A stretch of 64,000 nucleotides of DNA from Utricularia gibba (lineage: Eukaryota; Plantae; Magnoliophyta): positions 2,604,001 to 2,668,000 of the forward strand of contig NEEC01000007.1 in NCBI GenBank assembly GCA_002189035.1. Reading direction: 5' to 3'. This document shows positions 14,139 through 24,695 of the stretch, one piece after another (within the stretch, counting starts at the first letter, position 1; each line of letters starts with the position of its first letter). A program made the position numbers and the translations under genes. Under the pieces are notes generated by a model. It was not told where the DNA came from and ran no database searches. It was given only the letters and a program-made list of their open reading frames with translations.

Positions 14139-14656
14139 GCCACATTTGGTAATGGCTTCATCTTAACTATCATCTCATGTTCTCTTCCATTAAACCTGGA
14201 AGCTTAGATTCTTGTTTTTGCAACCTCAAGTTAGTTGGAAGTGAACATCAGAAGAAGCTTTTGTGTTACATTGGGTAGGGGCACTGCAGTGTGAGGTCTT
14301 TGTTCATCTGCTTTTGTGGTATCAGACAATGGTTTGCCAGAAATGTCATCACCTGTTTTCTTCCAGCATCTTGTCTGGAGGCTACTGTAGCAACAATGCC
14401 GCAGGTAGAAATTTCACTACAGGGGAAGTGAAAACACTTTTGGATGTTTCCCAAACGAAGCCATCAATTACCACAACTTTGCCTATTCTGGGCCTTGCGC
14501 ATCAGGCCCAACTGAAAGTCAGGCCCATTCAAATAATTACGAAATATATTTATTTATATTTATTAACAAAACAATAAAAAGGTTGAGTCAAATATTTATT
14601 TGCAATATATGTAAAAAAAGTTAAATACAATACTACTCCTATTAATGAATTCCATA

Positions 14657-15166
14657 TGTTATGGGTGAAATCGGTATCCGGTGAGAGGCCGATTTTAGGT
14701 GATAGGCGCGGTCGGGAATGCCACACTTAGTCACCTTCTTCACGGTTAGTACAATTAAAATAAGAGTGAACATGAATCTTTTACGTAGAAACCGTCGGAG
14801 AGCGGAAAAACCACGGAGCTGCCGGAGCTCGTCGGAAAAGAGTTTCACTAGGTGGAGGTCGTAAAAAAAAGGAGAATACAACTTGAAGAAATCTTTTTTT
14901 TGAGTCCAACCTCTTTCTTGTCATCATTTCGTCTATTTATAGGAGAGCTCACTCTGACCGAATTCTGGTGTTTGCAAACATCGGTTGGTTTCTGCTCCTG
15001 CTATACGATCTCGCTTTTCAGATATCGGCCGCCTGTTATGCCGTAATTCGGCCGCTTTTCAGGCTGTGTCATCACCTGTCGATCTATCGTCTGGCGTTAT
15101 CCCTTCGGGATCTCTTTTGGCAGCCTTTTAGGAACCGATTACCCTTGGACGATTTTTCCCTTATCA
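14657..15166 (-). repeat. 3' LTR (510 bp)
   Basis: Direct repeat of 18013-18546; about 26 substitutions by hand count (mostly transitions), one 1-bp and one ~24-bp indel. Purine-rich AGAGGGG (minus strand) adjoins its inner edge. Confidence 0.9.
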
Positions 15167-15377
15167 TTCAGCCCCTCTGATTCACCGATACTAGCCCTTT
15201 TCGGGGTAAATCGAGGGATCAGAACTACTGCGATACCGATTCTTGAGTTGCCGCTTCCCCCGAATAGGCCACATGCCATTCTCTACCACGCGTCGGCTCG
15301 TTGGCACGCCACGTTTTTTCCCGCTCATTCTGGGTACTTCAAACGTCACGACGCTTCGTCTCCCTAACCTTTCCCGT

Positions 15378-15385
15378 ATAAATAA
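15378..15385 (+). promoter_or_regulatory. TATA box for the antisense gene inside the retroelement
   Basis: TATAAATA followed by a pyrimidine-rich leader, a GT-AG leader intron (15515-15620) and ATG at 15641. Confidence 0.5.
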
Positions 15386-15640
15386 GCGCCCTTCGCGTCA
15401 GTTCTTTCCTTTGCCCTTTCTGTTGCATGCAAGAGTTTTGTGCCCTCCGTGCTCCGTCACACTTGTCCGCCGCTCGATCGTCGCGATATCTGTCGGAAAA
15501 CGTCAATTTTCCAGGTATCATTCGGCTCTTCGTCTTTTCCGTTCGGTCTTCTGGGATTTTTGACGGGTCCCCCTTGTCGTTCTAAGTCCTTCCCTCGTCC
15601 TAACTCCTGCCTCGTTCTAGGGTTTTGGGCTTCTTTGAAA

Positions 15641-17705
15641 ATGGGTAAGAGATCTAGTGAACTAAACATTCCTTCCCTTCGCATTCGATACTCGATCCCT
15701 GATGAGTTCCAGCTTTCTCATGCTCGAGATACTGAAATCCCTTGGGGGGTTGGTAAGGACCCCCTGCCTCCGTTCAGTCTCCCAATTCCACTTGCCTATT
15801 TTGAAAGCGGTTTACGCTTCCCTCTTCACCCTTTAATAGTCTGTTTTCTCTATACTTTTGCAATTCCGATTTAATGTCTTGCCCCGAATTCCATATTCTG
15901 CTTTACCACTTTCCTTTTCTATTCGGCCGGTATGGATCCGGCTATGACTTTGGTAGACTTCTGTCATCTCTTCAAGATAGCCGTTCGTAAAGCTAAGTCC
16001 CCGATGGATGGCCGATCTCACTTTCAATTCCGCCAATTTGAAGATAACCCCAACTTTGTTGTTAAAGCCCCCAATACCCACCACGATTGGCGGTCTTCTT
16101 TCGTTTGGATAGCTCCCCCTTTGGGTTCTCGGTGGAACTTCCCAATCGATCCCCCAACTCCTTTCAGGATCAAGATCTTGGGTGTGTATCGGTCTTCTCT
16201 CGAATCTCGCGAAAGTCCTTTATGAGAGGCTTAGTCGGGGCTCAGTTCGGTATGAGTCTCGTGCCTTGATGTTCTCGGGTGAGTCGTTGAAAAGATCATG
16301 TATTATCGATCGTTCCCGAGACCTCCATTGGCCCGATATCATTCCTTTCGATGGCATCGATCCGAGGAGCCTTCCTCTTAGCCCCTCTTCACCCTTCCCT
16401 CTTGTTCCGGCTTCACCTCCAATTCCCCCACCTGTTCAAACTGGGGCCCCAAGAAAAAGAAGAGGGTTAAGACAGTTGCGCACAAACCCTCAAAGAGGCA
16501 GAGAGGTAGTCGGGTTCAGCTTTCCCGAGTCTCAGAATCGGCACTATGCCTTATTGCTTTTCCTTCTTTCGTTTTCAGCTGAAGATATGGTTCGGAGAAG
16601 CTCTCTGGAAGATTCGGTGATGGCGCGGTTCTCCGCCGAGATGCAGAGGGCGCAAGAACCCGAGGATCCCTCCCCTGCACCAGTTTGTCTCCTATTTAAC
16701 AGCTACCGCGAATTCCCGATTATAACCCCCCCCTCCCCTTTTTTTTGGTTTTTCTTTCAGGTTGATACGATTGGAGCTCAGTTGGACGCCGCTGATCCTT
16801 CCTCGGGGGAAGATCAAGTAGTGGAAGTCTCCGAGACCCGAGAGTTGACTTCCCGTCCTTCAGCCGGGAAAGGGAAAGAGAAACTTCCTTCATCACCCGA
16901 TCTCAGCGATACTCCTATTCTTGATGCAAGATTCTTTTTGGCTGGTGCTTCAACATCGGCTCTTCCAATCGAGTTACAGAGGGATTCTGCCCTCGTAGAA
17001 GTAAGGGACAACCCGGTGCTTCCTCTACCCTCAGTTCCAGCTGAACTAAGGGGAATCCTGGATAGAGCTATGTCTAGTACCTCGGGTGTTCAGCCGGAGA
17101 CGGTACTTGAAGGGATCTGGCAGGTACGTATCCCGTTTCCTCTTCGAAATTCTAATTAGTCGGTCCATGACTAGGGATATTCTTTTAGGCTCTGACTCTT
17201 GGGTGGGGAATGGTTAGAGAGATTGACTCTCAATCGGAGGAAGTCTCTCGGCTTCGGGCCCAAGTTGTGGCTCAGAGCGCCCAGATAAAGTTGTTGGAGG
17301 AGGAGGGGAGTTCGTTGAAAATCGTTTTAGGGAAGCGTAGCCGCCAGGAGGAAGAACTGCGAAATGTGATCGAGGAAATGGGAAAGACGGTTGACGACGC
17401 TCAATCAGAGAGAGAGGGCTTCAAAGTCCGATTTGAGGAGGCAGAAGCGGAGTTAGAGCATGCCAGAGGCCGCATTTCAGCATTGGAGGCCGAATTACTT
17501 GATCAACAAGCATCTCGACAGGGTCTTCTGGATGACTTTGTCAATTCGGCCTGTTTTGCCGAACTCTCCGATATCTATGCAGGAGATTTAATCGGCTTAC
17601 TTCTATACCGTCAGAGATGACAGTTCTATAGGCTCGTACATCCGTCTCCTTGAGATCTAAAGAGACGAAGACCAAATCTGGATGATGAAATATGGCTGCT
17701 AGATC
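15641..17705 (+). pseudogene. Antisense extra gene of the retroelement (Transposase_28-like N-terminus, basic NLS, coiled-coil C-terminus); spliced and degenerate
   Basis: YFESGLRFPLHPLIVCFL...LAPNS and HDWRSSFVWI resemble the putative gypsy-type transposon domain. GT-AG introns at 16506-16578, 16683-16760 and 17124-17188. One in-frame TAA (15872-15874) and frameshifts near 16180, 16445 and 17615. Confidence 0.75.
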
Positions 17706-17934
17706 AGAGCGTGATATACAGCTCCCCAGCCGGTTGAATCTCGCGTTGTGGGCGGCGGTTGAGGATCGTTCTCTCTTGGGCGTTGGAGTTGAGACCTGAA
17801 GGTGCTCGGAGGTCGGTAAGGATTTCCGTTAGCAGGGCCTTCAGTTGCTCCCTGCTAGTGATCATAAGGCCGAGATCTTGAGCGTCGGCACTTCCGTCAT
17901 GAGTCGGGTCGGTGGCTGTGCTATTTTCCGCCAT
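17704..17934 (-). pseudogene. Probable 5' stub of gag, cut off by the internal deletion
   Basis: 76-aa ORF starting about 55 nt after the PBS in the retroelement sense orientation. The assignment is positional only. Confidence 0.45.
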
Positions 17935-17990
17935 GACTCGTGATTAGTGAGTGACTCCTGTGGGTTTCTCAAATGGGACTGTGGAACGTA

Positions 17991-18008
17991 GCACCACGGT
18001 GGGCGTCA
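17991..18008 (-). promoter_or_regulatory. Primer-binding site complementary to the tRNA-Lys 3' end
   Basis: Minus strand TGACGCCCACCGTGGTGC, 4 nt inside the 5' LTR; 16/18 match to TGGCGCCCACCGTGGGGC (recalled plant tRNA-Lys 3' end complement). Confidence 0.8.
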
Positions 18009-18012
18009 ATTA

Positions 18013-18546
18013 TGTTATGGGTGAAATCGGTATCCGGTGAGAGGCCGATTTTAGGTGATAGGTGCGGTCGGGAATGCCACACTTAGTCACCTTCTTCACG
18101 GCTAGTACGATTAAAATAAGAGTGAACATGGATTTTTTACGTGGAAACCGCCGGAGAGCGGAAAAACCACGAAGCTGCCGGAGCTCGCCAGAAAAGAGTT
18201 TCACTAGGTGGAGGTCGGAAAAAAAAGGAGAATACAACTTGAATAAATCTTTTTTTGAGTCCAACCTCTTTCTTGTCATCATTCCGTCTATTTATAGGAG
18301 AGCTCACTCTAATCGAATTTTGGTGTCTGCAAACATCGGTTGTTTTCTGCTCCTGTTATACGATCTCGCTTTTTAGATATCGTCCGCCTGTTATGCCGTA
18401 ATTCGGCCGCTTTTCAGGCTGTGTCATATGGCCATACCTGTTAGATTTTTGACAGATGTCGATCTGTCGTCTGACGTTATCCCTTTAGGATCTCTTTTGG
18501 CAGCCTTTTAGGAACCGATTACCCTTGGCCGATTTTTCCCTTATCA
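18013..18546 (-). repeat. 5' LTR (534 bp)
   Basis: Starts TGATAAGGG and ends CCCATAACA on the minus strand; minus-strand TATAAATAG at 18288-18296. Confidence 0.9.
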
Positions 18547-18872
18547 CCATATAAAACTGATTCATTTATATCACATTTATCTAAATTAAAAAAATGATTT
18601 TTAATAAGATATTTTGGTTTTGATTCTAAGAGGATTGGAATGAAAGGTGGCCTACTCCACTATTTAGGATATGGGAAAAGAAAAGTTATTGGATCCAATT
18701 GATAAATATTAAATATTTCTTAATTCTGATTGGCTGCTAAATATTAAATATATCTGAATGCTGATTGGCTGCTTCGTCTTCTTCAGCTTCACAACTACCC
18801 CATTTTGACCCGAGACCTCCGTGTCTGATCTTTTGCTTTCCCTGCTTTTCCCTCTACTCCCTGTCGCCGGCG

Positions 18873-20117
18873 ATGGAAATCCCTCAGACGGACGCCACCT
18901 GGGAGGAGATCCTGGGAAAAAATAATTGGGAGGGCCTTCTGGACCCTCTGGACGACGGTCTGCGCCACCTGATCCTGCGCTGCGGCGACCTCTGCCAAGC
19001 CACTTACGACTCCTTCAACAACGACGAGAACTCCAAGTACGCCGGCAGCTGCCGCTACGGAAAAGAGAACTTCTTCTACAAAGTCATGTTCCCCGCCGCG
19101 GACGATTACCGGGTCTTCGCGTATCTGTACGCGGCGGCGCGTGTCAGCCATATCGAGGCTATGTTTTTCTCTTCCAAATCGAGGGAGTCGTGGGATAGGG
19201 AGTCCAATTGGATTGGGTACATTGCTGTGACTTCCGATGAGGTCAGTGCCGCCCTCGGCCGCCGCGAGATCTACGTCCCCTGGCGTGGGACTACCAGAGA
19301 TTACGAATGGATTAACGTTTTAGGGGCCAAATCTGAAGAGGCCAACATTCTGCTCAAACCCAAGTCCTGGGTTAAAAAATCCGCCAACGACAAAGACGAT
19401 GACGACGACGGCGACGAAGTACCCAGAGTTATGAGGGGCTGGCTGTCGATTTACACCACCAGCGACCCCCGCTCTGAGTTCACGAATCACAGCGCCAGAG
19501 ATCAGCTTCAATCGAAGATTCACCAGCTACTGCGGAAATACAAGGACGAGAATGTTAGCATCATCACCACCGGGCACAGCCTCGGCGCTTCCTTAGCGAT
19601 CCTTTGCGCTTTCGATTTAGTCGAAAACGGGATTACGGAGATCCCCGTCACGGCGATCGTCTTCGGAAGTCCGCAAGTGGGGAACAAGGAATTCAACGAG
19701 AGACTCCACAAGTTCCCAAATCTCAACGTTCTGCACGTTCGAAACAAAACCGACACGATCCCTCTTTACCCTAGCTGGCTTCTCGGGTACAGAGACACAG
19801 GGGTTCAATTCGAGATCGATAATCGGAAATCGCCGTTTCTGAGGCCGGACAGCAGCATCGGAGATCGGCATAACTTGCAGGCCATGCTTCATGTGGTGGC
19901 CGGATGGAATGGGGCGCACGGGGAGTTCAAGATGAGGGTGAAGAGGAGCTTGGCGCTGGTGAATAAATCCGCGGAGATTATAAGGGAGGATTACAGGATT
20001 CCGGGAGCTTGGTGGGTGGAGAAGAACAAAGGCATGGTTCGTGACGCCGACGGCGAATGGATATTGGCGCCGCCGGCCGATGAGGATCAGCCGGTGCCGG
20101 AGGAGTTCGACGATTGA
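18873..20117 (+). CDS. Phospholipase A1-IIdelta-like (class 3 lipase), intronless
   Basis: TWEEILGKNNWEGLLDPLD, ESNWIGYIAV, GHSLG nucleophile motif, HNLQAMLHVVAGWNG and WWVEKNKGM; At2g42690-like. Confidence 0.92.
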   Translation: MEIPQTDATWEEILGKNNWEGLLDPLDDGLRHLILRCGDLCQATYDSFNNDENSKYAGSCRYGKENFFYKVMFPAADDYRVFAYLYAAARVSHIEAMFFSSKSRESWDRESNWIGYIAVTSDEVSAALGRREIYVPWRGTTRDYEWINVLGAKSEEANILLKPKSWVKKSANDKDDDDDGDEVPRVMRGWLSIYTTSDPRSEFTNHSARDQLQSKIHQLLRKYKDENVSIITTGHSLGASLAILCAFDLVENGITEIPVTAIVFGSPQVGNKEFNERLHKFPNLNVLHVRNKTDTIPLYPSWLLGYRDTGVQFEIDNRKSPFLRPDSSIGDRHNLQAMLHVVAGWNGAHGEFKMRVKRSLALVNKSAEIIREDYRIPGAWWVEKNKGMVRDADGEWILAPPADEDQPVPEEFDD

Positions 20118-21277
20118 ATTTCCATTTGCGTTCTCTTCATCCTCCGCGTGTGGTGTGAATAAAGATCACAGATCGAGAACCTGACCTGTGGTCTCATGTG
20201 TGAATTTCCATTTTTACCCTTCCTCACCGTGCTCTGTACCACTTTTGCTGCGAGTTTATGGTAAATGTAATTGGGTTTCTAAATATAGATATTTCATGCC
20301 ATATCCAGAACAGGTACCGGGTACGCGAACCCCCCGAAGGGTTCATTTGGTAGTAGCCCTTCTTCTTCCTCCTGGAGGACTTCAGCTGTAGCTCTGAACC
20401 AGAAACACATACACATATCGCCATTGTTTAGATGGGTGCTGAACCGTTTTGAGAGAAAGGGCCACCAGATGAATCCCACAGCAGACACACTGATGAATGA
20501 GCAAGCGGGAGTGCTGATTGGCTCGCTGATCCAGAGACAACAACAGAGTAAACTGAGGAAATGGGAGCACTGGGAGGTTGCGCAGTTCTGCCGATCAGAT
20601 GATCATCTGAAACTTTCCATGGAAACATCTATGTGAATAGTTTCTAAACATCACAGAAGAGCGAGAGCTACATAAGAGGTTTAGCAAACACAGAGCTTGG
20701 CTTCCCTTCCCTGCACTAACGGGATATCGCCTATAAAGAGTATCTGACTAAGTTCCTTTCACAGTTGCAAGGGTTCCCTTTCCATCTACAGTTAGTTCCT
20801 GCTGCCTGGAACAAAGTAAAGACATCATCATTTCGAAACAAGTCAAAAAATGAAACCGGGAACAACCAAAGAACGCATCACTCTTGGCCACACTGTTGTT
20901 TATCAGCTGATCGAATCAGGGTGCAATGAATAATTTCAAGGACCAAACTATGTGTGTGTTATAGGTCAGTCACATCACTGTGGAGTCATTAACAATCTGA
21001 GGAGGCCAAAGTATCAGCATTGGAAACAAATTAGGCGGCAAGTTGGCAAACGAATGAACAGAGGCAGCAAAAGTTCATGTAATCATTCGCATCCAAATAC
21101 CCTTCATTGAGAATGAATTCAGGATGCTCTTAGCTCATAAACAGAGTCAAGTTTGGCATGGCATTAGGTAATAGTAAAGCAAGATCTAGCAGACTGATAG
21201 GTAGCTTAAACAAAAATATATATCAGGAGCAGATGTATAAAGCCAGAGTAGAGAGATTTGTTAAATTCTCACCATTT

Positions 21278-22348
21278 TTAGGAGTTGGGTCTAGCACGCT
21301 TTAGCTTCTCAAGCCGGACTTGGGATTCCACAAACATCTGCATTCTCTGCAACTCCAGATCTTTGGTGAATTGAATCCTCTGTTTCTCCAACTCCACCAA
21401 CTGCCGCTGCTTGGCTTCTTCAACCTTTTCATATATCTGCGCCAATTTCGATATCGCATCCGCTAATTTAGCGTACCCTTCACCGACCAAAGGCCTTGAT
21501 CTTTTCATTCCTGTAGCAGCCGCCGGCGGCTGAGGAATACGACGCCAGGAGACGGAATTGTTCTCTTCCTCCTCCTCCTCCTCCTCATCCTCGTAATATT
21601 CGTCTTCCTCTCCAGCCTCCATCGCTGCCGCCGCCGCTGCCATGACAGAGAAATTTCTTTCTGTGACAATTCCAGGACCAGTCCTCTTTGACCTTGGCCC
21701 AACCGGCACTGACCAGTTAGGCAGATGGGTCGCGACCGGATCTCTCCCCCGGTGATTACTAATCGGAGACTTAGGGTAGTGAGGAGCCCCCGTGGAAGGG
21801 GATGATGATTTTTCAGACGACGATGAGTCTCTCCGGCGACGTTTCCCGGAATGACCATTGGCGTCGGCGTTCTTGCCGTTGGCCTTTGAGAAGGAGTGGC
21901 CGATGAAGGAGTCAAGGCTCTGAAAGTGGGGCCACGTGGAGACGTACCGGCCGTTGGATTGGGCGACCTTAGACTTCTCGATCTTGTACTTCTTCTTGAT
22001 TGTGTCGATTCGATTTTTGCACTGAACATCGGTGCGTTTAAGCTTCGCCGTCACGGCGTGCCGAGCGTTGACGGCTTCGGAAACCGCTTCCCAGTGCTTC
22101 TGCCGGAGGTTTCCCCGGTTGAGTTGCAGATAGTGCGAGCCCCATGCATCAATCAGTGTTCTGGTAGCGTCTTCCGACCAGCAATCTTCCCGGTTAGGAA
22201 AACCAGGATTCCGTAAGGATGCCGGCTGATTTTCCGGCGAAACGTCGTTTTCCGGTGGAGACTCAGGCGGCGAGGGTACCGTCTTCCCTTCGCCAAAGAA
22301 TTGGCTGTCCGGTGGCGGAGATGGAGTCTCTAGGGCTCGAGAAGACAT
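21278..22348 (-). CDS. Trihelix transcription factor, SIP1/ASIL clade
   Basis: REDCWSEDATRTLIDAWG...GNLRQKHW...RTDVQCKNRIDTIKKKYKIEK Myb/SANT-like trihelix domain, acidic run and C-terminal coiled coil (ELEKQRIQFTKDLELQRMQ). First ATG at 22348. Confidence 0.9.
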   Translation of the reverse strand: MSSRALETPSPPPDSQFFGEGKTVPSPPESPPENDVSPENQPASLRNPGFPNREDCWSEDATRTLIDAWGSHYLQLNRGNLRQKHWEAVSEAVNARHAVTAKLKRTDVQCKNRIDTIKKKYKIEKSKVAQSNGRYVSTWPHFQSLDSFIGHSFSKANGKNADANGHSGKRRRRDSSSSEKSSSPSTGAPHYPKSPISNHRGRDPVATHLPNWSVPVGPRSKRTGPGIVTERNFSVMAAAAAAMEAGEEDEYYEDEEEEEEEENNSVSWRRIPQPPAAATGMKRSRPLVGEGYAKLADAISKLAQIYEKVEEAKQRQLVELEKQRIQFTKDLELQRMQMFVESQVRLEKLKRARPNS

Positions 22349-23576
22349 GTCGGTGGCTTGCGGTGGCGGTGACGGCTGTGCAGATTGGAGGACCGGCTTC
22401 AGGCATCGACACCGGCGAAGGGTTAATTGAATCAACGATTCGAATTGTTTGCGTTTGCCCCTTTGGGTTCTAACATATTCATTTCAAGTACTCCTTCTTT
22501 GGGAAATTATCACTTTCGCCACATATCGATGCCCATGTTTCCGTTCCCCCCTTTATTCTTTCCTTTTTCTTTTCTAGTCCCCGTCATTTGAAAAACAAAC
22601 AAAATCAATCATTGCCCCATGTGCAAATGCAACTTAAATCTTGGATGCGTTTTGTGGCCCAATTGAAAAATTAATTTCATCTAGTTCAAATAAAATAGAT
22701 TTTAGTGTTATTTTCCATCTCATCATAATTAATTTTAGTATCAAAATATTAAATAAATAAACTTTATCAATGCTAAATCTAACAAATAGTTTAAATATTA
22801 AATGTTAGTATTCATGTAGGATATAATATTTGATAATAAAAAAGAGAGCTCAAGACTTTCATGTCTAACAAAACAAAGCTAAACTATTATTGAGTATAAG
22901 ATATCTTAAGATTGATGATGAATGACATAATCACGGAATTAAGTTATAGGAAATAAAAATACAAGTTGAATGAAAATCACTTGATGTGAATGATCATCAA
23001 GTGAGGGACTTAGGTAATGGTCTCAAATGAGCAAAAGATTGAGAATGATAATATGAATTGTCCACATTTGATAATTATAATGAACAAACAATTTTTGAAT
23101 GTTATATTATAAGTTTTATTATGTTTAATTGATATCATTAATATGAAAAGTATTTTATGTATGAGTCTCATAGAGAGTGTTTGAATTGTACTTCTCGAAT
23201 ATTGCTTATGTTTGTGCTCGATCGAAAGAGGCTAATTGAAGGCTTATTTCTCTTGAAAGTATTTTGAAAAATTCTTTATCTTCTAAAATATGAATTTCTG
23301 CCCCGGAAAGTACTTTGAATAATATCCTCTGGGTCCCTGTACTTTCCAAACCTTGTGGCCAAGCCCTGAACTTCAGAAAACTATGGGGTCCAACTTCTGA
23401 ATTTACTTTTGTGCCCCAAACATTCACAAATTGCCTCGGTGGGTAAGACTCGAGACACTTGCCGGGTGTGGCCTTTTTCTCCTTCTCGGTTTCATTTCTT
23501 TCCTTTTTTTTTTTTTTGAAGTATCAGCAACTGATACCATCCGGATTTCCGCGATTTCCAGTCTCTTGGATCGGCT

Positions 23577-24695
23577 ATGGCAGCTTCTTTGGATCGTGAA
23601 AGCGCGTCTGCCTCGCTAGGCGCTCCGCGCATGCGGAACGCTGTGATGGTGAAAAATTGTGCTTTTGTTTGTTTGTCAGCCTTTTCGTGTTATTTTTATT
23701 TTATTTTGATCTTTTCGAAGCTCTGAATGAGCGGAGTCGGTTGGATCGAGTTGTTGTGTTTTAGCTTGTGTATGTAGTTGGTTCTGAAGACAAACGATTC
23801 CAGGTCCAGGTTACTTTGAATTCAGTATTTAATTGATTTTTTGTAGGAATCTATCCAAACGAGTGATCTAGAAATCTGGCCATCCTGTGTTATTTCTTAG
23901 ATCAACTGAAGAGCATTATGCAGTATGTGTTAAGATGCTTTCGTTCCAGTGAACCGATTCTCGAACCAGGTTACTGTTTTGGCTCCATGGGTACTTCTTA
24001 TTGAGTTGTAGTGCCACTGATTAGACTGTGCTTACCTGCGCCATGTCTAAATTGGCCTTCCGATTCCATGAGATTTGGATTTAATGTTGCATAAATGGTT
24101 GAGTCCATGAAATGGTAGCTCATATCGGTGTGGAGTTGGCAGTAGAAGAGAGGAACTTCCTTTCAGTAGAGTACAAGAACGTACTTGGCTCTAGAAGAGT
24201 TTCTTGGAGAGTATTATCTTCAATAGAACACAAAAAGGAAACAAGAGAAAATGAAGAAAATTCCCAGGGGATCATGGAGTAGGTTGAATCCACTGTATTT
24301 TATTACAAGATGTGAGAATTCTCCACCAACTTCACATGTAACTATAAAATGTTATGTAAAATTTTTGTAATCCGGTTTTATTTTTTAAAAATAATTTTAA
24401 AAAATAGAAGTAAAAAGTAAAAAGTAAAAGTAATCAAATATTTAATTTTCCAAAAATAAGTTTTATAGTTATAATTTTAAAAGTATTTTTTGATAGAATT
24501 ACTTTTACAATTAAAAATGTTTTAGAATAAAAGTATTTTTACTTCTAAAAAATAGGAAATAAATTTTAAAAAATTTTCAAAACACTGATTATGAAGCAGC
24601 ACCTCCTAAATTGGTACCTTACTATTCAGGAAAGGGGGTTACTATAGGTACCTTGCTGAATTTAAGGCCCGCAATGACAGGATGGATATTATGGG
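23577..24695 (+). pseudogene. 14-3-3 (epsilon group) pseudogene A, exons 1-3 only
   Basis: Exon 1 MAASLDRES/xVCLARRSAHAERCD (frameshifted EFVYLAxLxEQAERYD motif). Exon 2 [44 protein letters not shown]. Exon 3 KGGYYRYLAEFK. Acceptor mutated CAG>CAT at 24090-24092; ~90-bp deletion in exon 2. Confidence 0.88.
24346..24588. mobile_element. AT-rich MITE-like insertion in intron 2 of 14-3-3 pseudogene A
   Basis: ~240 bp present in copy A and absent at the homologous site of copy B. Degenerate ~8-bp TSD (GTAACTAT/CTGATTAT against CTGACTAT in B) and weak terminal inverted similarity. Confidence 0.55.

Larger units (their letters stand above)
14657..18546 (-). mobile_element. Non-autonomous Ty3/gypsy (Tat/Retand-like) LTR retrotransposon, 3.89 kb, without gag-pol
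   Basis: Two TG...CA LTRs (14657-15166 and 18013-18546), perfect 5-bp TSD CCATA (14652-14656 and 18547-18551), tRNA-Lys-type PBS and LTR TATA on the minus strand. No RT, RNaseH or integrase motifs in any frame of the ORF track. Confidence 0.92.

Noticed and set aside
17991-18008. tRNA-Lys-like sequence
   Set aside because: Only the 3'-terminal 18 nt, directly beside an LTR: a PBS, not a tRNA gene.
20294-20636. Short ORFs on both strands between PLA1 and the trihelix gene
   Set aside because: No family motifs or coherent exon structure; most likely 3' UTR.
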